A DNA stretch of 64,000 nt from Candidatus Aminicenantes bacterium (GTDB taxonomy: Bacteria; Acidobacteriota; Aminicenantia; Aminicenantales; Saccharicenantaceae), in NCBI GenBank assembly GCA_963725825.1, contig CAVSAI010000029.1:195765-259764 (forward strand). The letters run 5' to 3'. Made by a program: the position numbers and the translations under genes. Of this stretch, positions 45,248 through 53,346 are shown in pieces; position 1 is the first letter of the stretch; each line of letters opens with the position of its first letter. The notes beneath the pieces are model-generated. The model worked only from the letters and a program-made list of their open reading frames with translations, was not told the DNA's origin and made no database searches.

Positions 45248-45919
45248 ATGCCCCGAAATGGAAAGCGGACGGACCGGCCCGTCATTCGGCTTTGGGGTCG
45301 GGCCATCGCTGTTGCGCTCGCCGCCTTCGTCGCGAGCGGCCTTTATTTCTATGTCCGTCAGTTCATGAAAGACGGCGTCTGGCGCTTCGACCTGGGCCTG
45401 GTCAACAAATCGCTGGGCACGGCCGCCCTCTTCGCCCTTTCGCTGTCCATGGCCCTGACCGGGCTGGCGTATTTCTCGCGGCGTTCCACAAAGCTGCTGG
45501 CCTATCGGAAGCATCTGGGACTCGTCGGGTTCTGGACCGCCTTCGCCCACGCGGCCGTCACCCATGTCCTGCTGCCCGCAGTCGGACTTCGCCCGGAGAG
45601 GAAGATCGAAGCGTTGGATTCCGACTGGCCCGGCCTGGCCGCCCTCATACTCTTCGGGACGATGGCGCTCGTCTCCAACGCAACCATCAAGGGCCGCCTG
45701 GGCGGAGAGGCGTGGAGGAAGTTCCTTCGCTATGGCGGGTATGCCGGGCTCGTTCTTGCCGCCGGGCACGCCGCCTTGCTCAAATGGTCCAGCTGGACCA
45801 ACTATTTCCGGACTTTCGACCCCGTCCTGCCGTCCCTCAGCCTGCCCCTGGCCGGGCTCGCCGGGTTCGCCGTCGTGCTGCGGCTGGCCGTCTGGCTCTC
45901 GGCGAAGCGAAATCGATGA
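45248..45919 (+). CDS. Ferric-reductase-like (YedZ/MsrQ-type) transmembrane heme-b domain protein
   Basis: About 6 TM helices. YRKHLGLVGFWTAFAHAAVTH and WRKFLRYGGYAGLVLAAGH carry paired His candidates. Start chosen 9 nt after a TGcTATGAT box. Confidence 0.45.
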   Translation: MPRNGKRTDRPVIRLWGRAIAVALAAFVASGLYFYVRQFMKDGVWRFDLGLVNKSLGTAALFALSLSMALTGLAYFSRRSTKLLAYRKHLGLVGFWTAFAHAAVTHVLLPAVGLRPERKIEALDSDWPGLAALILFGTMALVSNATIKGRLGGEAWRKFLRYGGYAGLVLAAGHAALLKWSSWTNYFRTFDPVLPSLSLPLAGLAGFAVVLRLAVWLSAKRNR

Positions 45920-45922
45920 GAC

Positions 45923-47083
45923 CTACTTCAGCTTTTCCTGGCCTTTGAACTCACGGTAGGGGCTGAGGTAGTTCAGCGTTTCCCGGTCGTCCGTCGTGGT
46001 CGCGCCACCGACCATGCGCCCGATGAGCTCGCCGAGGCCTGGCCCGAGCATGAATCCCTGGCCGCACATGCCGACGGCCAGCAGGAGACCCTCAAGCTCG
46101 CGTGTCCAGCCGACGATGGGCGAGCCGTCAGGGGTCATGGGATAGAGTCCCCGCCAAGTCCTGCGGACCCTGAGGTTCCTGAGCCGGGGGATGAGCCCGA
46201 CCATGCGGCCGGCGACCATCGGCAGGAAGGAGCTGGTCTCGCGGACGTCCTGACCCCAGATGCCGGGGCTGGGCGTGATGCAGAAGATGACCTGGCCGGT
46301 GGCGTGCTGATAGAAGTAATAGTTGGCCGATCCGGCCACGGGCCGGATGTCGACGACCATAGGCCCGAGGAATCGGGCCACGGCCTCGGTCACGGCGGCC
46401 TCGTGGGAGTCGGGCCGGACCGGGACGTCGACACCGGCCAGGGCGGCCATCTCCGCGCCCCAGGGCCCGGCCGCGTCGACGACGATGGGCGCGCTGTATT
46501 CGCCCTTGTCCGTTCGCACGCCCGTCACGCGGCCGCCGGCCGCGGCCACGGCGGACAAACGTTCGTCGAAGCGGAACTCGGCGCCGAGCGACTTGGCCCG
46601 GCTGTAAAAGGCATGGACGGCGAGCAGGGGAGAGGCGTTGCCGTCATCGGGTGAAAAAGTCCCGCCGATGAGCCCATCCGGGTTGAGATCGGGGATGATC
46701 CCGAGCAGGCCCGCCGCGTCGTGCCAGTCGATGTTGAGGCCGAAGCGCTTTTGGACGGCGAGAAGCTCCTTGAGGGTCCGCTCTTCCTCGGGACGATAGG
46801 CCACGTAGCTGTAGCCCCCTTTGAGCCATTCGATGTCGTCCCCGTAGAGATCCTTCCAGGCCGCAAAGACCTCCAGACTGCGCAAGCACAGACGGATCTT
46901 GGCCGGGTCTGAATGCGTAGCCCGGAGCCCGCCGATGGCCCGCTTGTTCGAGCCCTGGCCGACGCTGGGGCCTTGATCGACAACGAGGACCTTGAGCCCG
47001 GCTTCGGCCAGGGTCATGGCGGTGGGCGTCCCCACGCTCCCCGCGCCGACGACAATGACGTCGAAGCTCCTATTCGTCGCCAT
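45923..47083 (-). CDS. DAO-type FAD-dependent oxidoreductase (sarcosine oxidase beta / proline dehydrogenase beta-like)
   Basis: DVIVVGAGSVGTPTA dinucleotide-binding motif. 386 aa. The start overlaps the upstream gene's end by 14 nt. Confidence 0.75.
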   Translation of the reverse strand: MATNRSFDVIVVGAGSVGTPTAMTLAEAGLKVLVVDQGPSVGQGSNKRAIGGLRATHSDPAKIRLCLRSLEVFAAWKDLYGDDIEWLKGGYSYVAYRPEEERTLKELLAVQKRFGLNIDWHDAAGLLGIIPDLNPDGLIGGTFSPDDGNASPLLAVHAFYSRAKSLGAEFRFDERLSAVAAAGGRVTGVRTDKGEYSAPIVVDAAGPWGAEMAALAGVDVPVRPDSHEAAVTEAVARFLGPMVVDIRPVAGSANYYFYQHATGQVIFCITPSPGIWGQDVRETSSFLPMVAGRMVGLIPRLRNLRVRRTWRGLYPMTPDGSPIVGWTRELEGLLLAVGMCGQGFMLGPGLGELIGRMVGGATTTDDRETLNYLSPYREFKGQEKLK

Positions 47084-49184
47084 GGCCCTTGTCCTTCCCG
47101 TCGAAGCCGGCGAAGATGCCCATCGGGACCTCGATGAAGAGCGGCCGCTTCGGCTGATCGACGACCTCGGCGTCGGGCACCCCCTCTTCCCGGAAGAGCC
47201 GATGGATAAGGGGCGTACAGGTCTTGGCCCCGCACGAGCCCATGCTCGTCCGGGTGAGGGCCTTGATCTCGCTGATGTCGCGCACGCCCTGCCGGATAAG
47301 CCGGCGGATCTCGCCAGCCGTGACCCGCTCGCAGCGGCAGACGATGGCGTCCTCGCTGGTCCTCTTGACGTACTGGCCGAGCGGCTCGGCCTCCTCGAGC
47401 GGCTGGACCCTGATGCCGGCGATCCTTTTCGCGTACTCGCGCGGGGCGCGGACCTTGACGATGACGGTCCGGTCGTTCGCCTTGATGGCCCTGACCGCGC
47501 CGACCTCGACCTGGCCGAGGGCGTTCCCCTCCGTGTCCTGGACGACGACCCGGTCCCCGGCCTTCAGACGGTCCTTGAGGAACTCGAAAGGAATGGCCAC
47601 GGTCGGGAATTCCGGGTCCTTGCGATAGTCGACGAGGGTGATGGCCAATCCGGGGCAGATGGCCACGCACTTCTCGCAGCCGGAGCAGGCCCCTCCGCCG
47701 GCCTCGCCGAGGAATATCGGGAGAAGGCGGATGTCCGTCTTGTCCATGTCGATGAGCTTGTTGGGGCAGACTGCCGTGCACGGGTCGCAGGGGATCTCCT
47801 GGTTGCAGTGGATGACCGGGAAGACCCCCGTGTCTTCGCCGGGCGTTCGCTCACGGACCGTCGCCCCCGGCTTCGACTTCAGGATCTCTGCGGTCCGGTA
47901 CCAGTCCGCGGAGATCTCGCCGACGTCATGGCCGAGCGCCCGGGCCACTTCGAGCCCGCGGATCTTGCCGGAGAAGATGGCGGCCGAGGCCTCGGCGATC
48001 TCCTCGGCGTCGCCCGCGGCGAAAGCGGCGAGCCCGAATTCGCGGGCCTTCTCGTAGAACTCGCTGACGGGATCGAGGCCAACGGCGATGAGCAGCGTAT
48101 CGCATGCGAACGACCGCTCGGTCCCGGGGACGGGCTGGAACTTCTCGTCCACGCGGGCGATGGTCACCGATTCGACGGCGTCCGCGCCGTTGGCGCTGAC
48201 GACCGTGTGGGACGTATAGACGGGCACTCCGAGGCGAGCCAGCTTGTCCCGATGGACCTTGTATCCGCCGCACTCCGGCAGGACCTCGACCAGCCCGACG
48301 ACCGCGATGCCGGCCTGGAGGGCGTGATAGCCGGCGATCAGGCCGACGTTGCCGCCCCCGACGATGAACAGCCGCCCCGTGGGCTTGACCAGGTCCCTGT
48401 TGACCAGCGTCTGGAACGCGCCGGCGCCGTAGACGCCGGGCAGCGTGTTGCCGAGGAAAGCCAGGTTCTTCTCCCGGGCGCCGGCCGTCACAAGGAGGAT
48501 CTCCGGCTCGACGAGAACGTACCGCCGGCCCTCGACGAGGACGCCGACTCTCTTGTCGCTGTACACGGCCAGGGCCGAGCTCTGGAGCCAGACCCGGACG
48601 GCGGGGAACGAGCGGACCTCGTTCTCGAGGCGCGTGGCGATATCGATGCCCCGCGTCCCGGCATAGACGGCGTCTATGGAGCCGAAGAAGCGATGGGTCT
48701 GCAGGACGAGCTTGCCGCCGAGCCGGTGTTTGTCGTCAATGAGGAGCGTTTCGATGCCACGTTTGCCGAGCTCGATCGCTGCCGAGAGCCCGGCCGGACC
48801 GCCGCCGATGATCAGGACGGGCACGCGAAAGGTTTCGATGGAGTTCGCCCTCTCGCGACCGGCGGCCCGGGCGTCAAGACGGGGGAGCTCGGGCAGCCCC
48901 TCGACGGGCTCGACGCGGACCCCGGCCCGGACAAGCTCCATGCAGGACTTGACGGGGACCCCGTCAGCCAGGACGAGGCATTGCGAGCATTGGCCGTTGG
49001 CGCAGAAGATCCCCTGGGCCGCGCCGTCCTTGGCATGATGTCCGAAGACCCGGATGCCGGCGGCGAACAGGGCGGAGGACAGAGTCTCGCCCTCCAGGGC
49101 CTCGAGCGCCTGGCCCTTCCAAGTGAAGGCGACCCGGGGTCTGGAGGGGATGGGCAGAATGGGGTGCTGTTCGATACGATACAT
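47070..49184 (-). CDS. Multidomain flavoprotein: 2Fe-2S (HcnA-like) + pyridine-nucleotide-disulfide oxidoreductase + 2x[4Fe-4S] ferredoxin + BFD-like [2Fe-2S] domain
   Basis: N-terminal FCANGQCSQC. VLIIGGGPAGLSAA and FIVGGGNVG dinucleotide folds. CDPCTAVCP and CSGCEKCVAICP ferredoxin motifs. C-terminal CRCERVTAGEI...CGAKTC BFD-like motif. Confidence 0.7.
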   Translation of the reverse strand: MYRIEQHPILPIPSRPRVAFTWKGQALEALEGETLSSALFAAGIRVFGHHAKDGAAQGIFCANGQCSQCLVLADGVPVKSCMELVRAGVRVEPVEGLPELPRLDARAAGRERANSIETFRVPVLIIGGGPAGLSAAIELGKRGIETLLIDDKHRLGGKLVLQTHRFFGSIDAVYAGTRGIDIATRLENEVRSFPAVRVWLQSSALAVYSDKRVGVLVEGRRYVLVEPEILLVTAGAREKNLAFLGNTLPGVYGAGAFQTLVNRDLVKPTGRLFIVGGGNVGLIAGYHALQAGIAVVGLVEVLPECGGYKVHRDKLARLGVPVYTSHTVVSANGADAVESVTIARVDEKFQPVPGTERSFACDTLLIAVGLDPVSEFYEKAREFGLAAFAAGDAEEIAEASAAIFSGKIRGLEVARALGHDVGEISADWYRTAEILKSKPGATVRERTPGEDTGVFPVIHCNQEIPCDPCTAVCPNKLIDMDKTDIRLLPIFLGEAGGGACSGCEKCVAICPGLAITLVDYRKDPEFPTVAIPFEFLKDRLKAGDRVVVQDTEGNALGQVEVGAVRAIKANDRTVIVKVRAPREYAKRIAGIRVQPLEEAEPLGQYVKRTSEDAIVCRCERVTAGEIRRLIRQGVRDISEIKALTRTSMGSCGAKTCTPLIHRLFREEGVPDAEVVDQPKRPLFIEVPMGIFAGFDGKDKGHGDE

Positions 49185-49231
49185 GGACGGCCAATCTCCT
49201 ATGTCTTCGGCGGACGGCCCAAAAGAGCGCT

Positions 49232-49240
49232 ATTATAGCA
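49232..49240 (-). promoter_or_regulatory. Extended -10 (TGcTATAAT) for the flavoprotein operon
   Basis: The minus strand reads tctgtgcTATAATagcgc, about 45 nt upstream of ATG 49184, which has RBS AGGAGA. Confidence 0.5.
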
Positions 49241-49278
49241 CAGAGAAACGGCAGGAGGTAGACGGTCCGGAGTTGATG

Positions 49279-49284
49279 TATAAT
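49279..49284 (+). promoter_or_regulatory. -10 box TATAAT 8 nt upstream of the PAP2 start (leaderless candidate)
   Basis: gatgTATAATcgcttcccATG. Confidence 0.4.
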
Positions 49285-49292
49285 CGCTTCCC

Positions 49293-50204
49293 ATGGCTCC
49301 GAAGAACGGCGTTCTCCACCGGTCCGGGGCGGCCGGGCTCGTCCTTGCGCTCATCCTGGGAGCCGCCGCCGCGGAGGCCGCGCCGCGGCCCGCCGGCCAA
49401 ACCGTCGCGCCGTCCGAAGCGCGGGCCGCCGAGACGGCTGATCGCTTCACCCTGAAAGAGGCCGGCCGGGAGTTCCTCGGCGACACCGTCCGGATCTGGT
49501 CCTCACCGGTCCGCATCAAGGCCAAACACCTCGTTCCGCTCGTCGGGCTGGCCGCGGCCACGGCGTTCCTGATCGCTTCGGACGAATCCATCCGCGACGG
49601 CGTCCAAACGTTCGCCGGAAAGCACGCTTGGGTCGGGGACGTCGCGCCCGTGGTCACCGAAATGGGAGGCCTGGCCGGTTTCGCGACCGCCGGAGTCTTC
49701 TTCGGCGCCGGACTCATCTTCAAGGACACCCGGGCCAGGGACACGGGCTTCCTGGCGGCCAATGCCGTCCTTCAATCCTTCCTCGTGGACAGCTTTCTCA
49801 AGGGCCTGTCCGGGCGGCAGCGCCCGTCAATAGCCGCCGGCGAGGATCACTGGGCCGGACCGGCGGGGCTCTTCGAGCGATTTGAAAAAGGCCGGGACGA
49901 CTACTACACCTCCTTTCCGTCGGGGCATTCGGCGGCAGCGTTTTCCCTGGCCACCGTCATCGCTCTGCAATACCGTCATCGCATCTGGGTACCGATCATG
50001 GCCTACACGATCGCCGCCGGCGTGGGGCTGTCGAGGATGGCCCTGGACCGCCACTGGGCCTCCGATGTGGCCATCGGAGCCGTCGTTGGCCACCTCGTAG
50101 CCCGCCTCGTCGTCCGCAATCATGTCCGGGGTCAACGGATCGTTCCCATGCTCGCCTGCACGGGCCGGGCTGTCGCTTTGAGCGTGTTGGTGGACCTGGA
50201 CTAG
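49293..50204 (+). CDS. PAP2-family phosphatase (membrane)
   Basis: KGLSGRQRP, PSGH and SRMALDRHWASD give the complete three-part PAP2 signature. Confidence 0.8.
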   Translation: MAPKNGVLHRSGAAGLVLALILGAAAAEAAPRPAGQTVAPSEARAAETADRFTLKEAGREFLGDTVRIWSSPVRIKAKHLVPLVGLAAATAFLIASDESIRDGVQTFAGKHAWVGDVAPVVTEMGGLAGFATAGVFFGAGLIFKDTRARDTGFLAANAVLQSFLVDSFLKGLSGRQRPSIAAGEDHWAGPAGLFERFEKGRDDYYTSFPSGHSAAAFSLATVIALQYRHRIWVPIMAYTIAAGVGLSRMALDRHWASDVAIGAVVGHLVARLVVRNHVRGQRIVPMLACTGRAVALSVLVDLD

Positions 50205-50252
50205 ACACCCGATGGTCCCTGGGCAGGCCGATCTTACGGAAAGGATGGACCG

Positions 50253-52106
50253 ATGAAAGCGATATCCCTCGCCATTCTCGTTCTTTGTTTGGGGGTCTCA
50301 GTTGACGGTCTGTTCGGCCAGCGGACGGAGAAGCCCGTCCTCCACGGCCGGCAATGGATGGCCATCACGGGGAAGCCGCTCGCGGCCACCGCCGGCGCCA
50401 TGATCTTCGCCAAGGGCGGCAACGCCGTCGACGCCGCCTGCGCCATGCTCGGCGCCGTCTGCACCATGCACGATGTCCTCAGCTGGGGCGGGGAGACGCA
50501 GGCCCTCATCTACAATCCGAAGACCGGCAAGGTCATCGGGCTGAACGCCCTGGGCGTCGCGCCGACCGGCGCCACCGTCCGATTCTACAAGGACAAGGGC
50601 TACGAGTATCCGCCCGAATTCGGCGTCCTTTCGGCCGTCACCCCGGGCACTCCCGGGGGGCTCTTGACCATGTTGGCCGAGTTCGGGACGATGTCCCTCG
50701 CGGAGGTCCTGGTCCCGGTCCTGCGCATGGCCGAGGGTTACCCCATGGACAAGGAGACGGCCGATCGCATCGAGAAGGACAAAGACAAGATCAAGGCCTG
50801 GCCCTATTCGCGCGCCGTCCTGTTGCCCCACCTCGGCGAGGCTTATGAAGCGCCCCGGCCGGGGGAGATCTTCCGCCAGCCCGAGCTTGCCGCGACGCTC
50901 GTCAAGCTTATCGAGGCCGAGCGCCAGGCTCTGGCATCGGGCAAGACCCGCAAGGAGGCGATCTATGCCGCTTATGACCGCTTCTACAAAGGCGACATCG
51001 CCCGCGAATTCGTCCGCGGCTCGAGCGAGCAGGGCGGGCTCATCACCATGGACGACTTGGCGGCCTGGAAGGTCCATCTCGAGGAGCCGGTCTCGACCTC
51101 CTACAAGGGCATCGAGGTCTTCAAGCTGACCAGTTGGGTCCAGGGCCCGGTCATGCTCCAGGCCCTGAACATGCTTGAGACGCTTGACGTCAAAGGCCTC
51201 GGCTACAACAGCGCCGCTTATATCCACACGCTTTATCAAGTCATGAACCTGGCATTTGCGGACCGGGATTTCTATTACGGCGACCCGTACTTTCCGCCCG
51301 AGGAGCCGCTGGCCGGGCTCCTGTCGAAGGCCTATGCCCGCGAGCGCGCCAAGCTCATCCGGAACGACCGGAACGACCCCGACGTCAAGCCCGGCGACCC
51401 CTATCCGTTCGAAGGGAAGGCCAATCCCTACGGCGCGTACCTCGATCGCTGGCTCGATTGGGGCAGGGGAGACGCGGCTGGTCTCGACGCCAGGCAGACC
51501 GCCGAGGTCGAGGCCTCGTTCCGCGCCGGGACGACCTCGATCCAGGCCGCGGACAAGGAGGGCTGGGTCGTCTCGGTGACCCCGAGCGGCGGCTGGATCC
51601 CCTGCGTCATCGCCGGACGGACCGGGGTAGGCATGAGCCAACGGGCCCAGAGCTTCGTCCTCGACGAGCGGAAGAATCCCTTCAACGTCATCGTCCCCGG
51701 GAAAAGGCCCCGGGCGACGCTGACCCCCGGCCTGGCCTTGAAGGGGGGCCGGCCGTTCCTGTCCTTCGCCGTCCAGGGCGGCGACACCCAGGACCAGAAC
51801 TTGCTCCAATTCTTCCTGAACGTCGTCGAGTTCGGCATGAACGTCCAACAGGCCTGCGAGGCGCCGAACGTCAACAGCTACCAGATGCACAATTCCTTCG
51901 CCGACCACAAGACCTTCCCCGGCAAGCTCGAGGTCAACGAATCGGTGCCGCCCGAGATCCGCGCCCGGCTCGAGGCCATGGGCTATGTCCTGACCGTCAA
52001 AAAATACACCTCGGGCCCGATCAACGCGATCTTCTTCGACCGCGACCACGGCACGTTCTGGGGCGGCAGCAGCAACTACGGCGAGGACTACGGCATCGCC
52101 TGGTAA
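50253..52106 (+). CDS. Gamma-glutamyltransferase-family Ntn hydrolase, secreted
   Basis: Signal peptide present. N-terminal ATAGAMIFAKGGNAVDAA. Thr-nucleophile context FRAGTTSIQAAD. Confidence 0.8.
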   Translation: MKAISLAILVLCLGVSVDGLFGQRTEKPVLHGRQWMAITGKPLAATAGAMIFAKGGNAVDAACAMLGAVCTMHDVLSWGGETQALIYNPKTGKVIGLNALGVAPTGATVRFYKDKGYEYPPEFGVLSAVTPGTPGGLLTMLAEFGTMSLAEVLVPVLRMAEGYPMDKETADRIEKDKDKIKAWPYSRAVLLPHLGEAYEAPRPGEIFRQPELAATLVKLIEAERQALASGKTRKEAIYAAYDRFYKGDIAREFVRGSSEQGGLITMDDLAAWKVHLEEPVSTSYKGIEVFKLTSWVQGPVMLQALNMLETLDVKGLGYNSAAYIHTLYQVMNLAFADRDFYYGDPYFPPEEPLAGLLSKAYARERAKLIRNDRNDPDVKPGDPYPFEGKANPYGAYLDRWLDWGRGDAAGLDARQTAEVEASFRAGTTSIQAADKEGWVVSVTPSGGWIPCVIAGRTGVGMSQRAQSFVLDERKNPFNVIVPGKRPRATLTPGLALKGGRPFLSFAVQGGDTQDQNLLQFFLNVVEFGMNVQQACEAPNVNSYQMHNSFADHKTFPGKLEVNESVPPEIRARLEAMGYVLTVKKYTSGPINAIFFDRDHGTFWGGSSNYGEDYGIAW

Positions 52107-52214
52107 GCCCGCGCCGCGGCCTCATCCCTTCGGGTGACCACGATTTCACCTTCGGCGGTGTTGCGGGCGGCCGCCCGGATGTCGTATCATTTTCTGTCCG
52201 TGAAAGGCGGCGCC

Positions 52215-53297
52215 ATGACCTTCAACGACCTTCTCCAGCGCATGGTCGAGCGCAACGCTTCCGACCTCCATCTCATCGCCGGCCTTCCTCCGGCTCTCCG
52301 CGTCCAAGGCGAGCTCGAGCCTCTCGTGGACGTCGAGCGCTTCACGCCGGAGGGCCTCAAGGAGTTCATTTTCGCGGCCCTGACGACGCACCAGCAGAAC
52401 ATGTTCCAGAACGACCCGGTCAGCCGCAACGAGCTCGATTTCGGCTATGGTATTCCAGGCGTCGGACGCTTCCGGGTCAATGTCCACGTCAGCCGCGGGA
52501 GCGTCGGGGCCTCGGTCCGGGCCCTGGCCAACCGCATCCCCGGCATCGACGAGCTGGGGCTTCCCGAGGCCACGAAGGAGTTCACCAGGGCCAAGCGCGG
52601 CCTCGTCCTCGTCACCGGCCCGACGGGCAGCGGCAAGTCGACGACACTCGCGGCCCTCGTCGACGCGGTCAACAAGACCCGGCGCGATCACATCCTGACG
52701 ATCGAAGACCCGATCGAGTACATCCACAATTCCCAGAAATCCTACGTCACGCAGCGGGAGGTCGGGGCTGCCGGCGACACATTGTCTTTCCGCAACGCCC
52801 TGAAATACGCCTTGCGTCAGGACCCCGACGTTATCCTCATCGGCGAAATGCGGGACTACGAGACGATCGGCATCGCCATCACCTCGGCGGAGACGGGCCA
52901 CCTCGTCTTCGGGACGCTCCACACGGCCAGCGCCGCCCAGACCGTCAGCCGCATCGTCGACGTCTTCCCGACCGACCAGCAGCCGCAGGTCCGGACGCAG
53001 CTCGCTTCGACCATCCTCGGCGTCGTCTCGCAGGTCCTCCTGCCGAACAAGGAAGGTACCGGCCGGGTGGCGGCCTGCGAGCTGATGCTGGCCAACTCGG
53101 CCGTCCGCAACAACATCCGGGCCGGCAAAGTCGATTCCATCTACCAGACCCTGCAGACCGCCTCGGCCGAGGGCATGCAGACGATGGACCAGGCCCTGAT
53201 CAAACTCTGCCGGGAAGGCAAGATTGACTACGAGGCGGCCAAGCCCTATATTTACGAGAAGTCGACCCACGAAACGATCAAGGCCCTGCGCCGCTAG
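52215..53297 (+). CDS. pilT: Type IV pilus retraction ATPase PilT
   Basis: ASDLHL, Walker A GPTGSGKST, ILTIEDPIE, ILIGEMRD and TLHT motifs. 360 aa. Confidence 0.85.
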   Translation: MTFNDLLQRMVERNASDLHLIAGLPPALRVQGELEPLVDVERFTPEGLKEFIFAALTTHQQNMFQNDPVSRNELDFGYGIPGVGRFRVNVHVSRGSVGASVRALANRIPGIDELGLPEATKEFTRAKRGLVLVTGPTGSGKSTTLAALVDAVNKTRRDHILTIEDPIEYIHNSQKSYVTQREVGAAGDTLSFRNALKYALRQDPDVILIGEMRDYETIGIAITSAETGHLVFGTLHTASAAQTVSRIVDVFPTDQQPQVRTQLASTILGVVSQVLLPNKEGTGRVAACELMLANSAVRNNIRAGKVDSIYQTLQTASAEGMQTMDQALIKLCREGKIDYEAAKPYIYEKSTHETIKALRR

Positions 53298-53346
53298 GGC
53301 GAAGCCCCCGGGCGCCCGGCTCATCCCGGGTCGGCGGAGGCCATTC

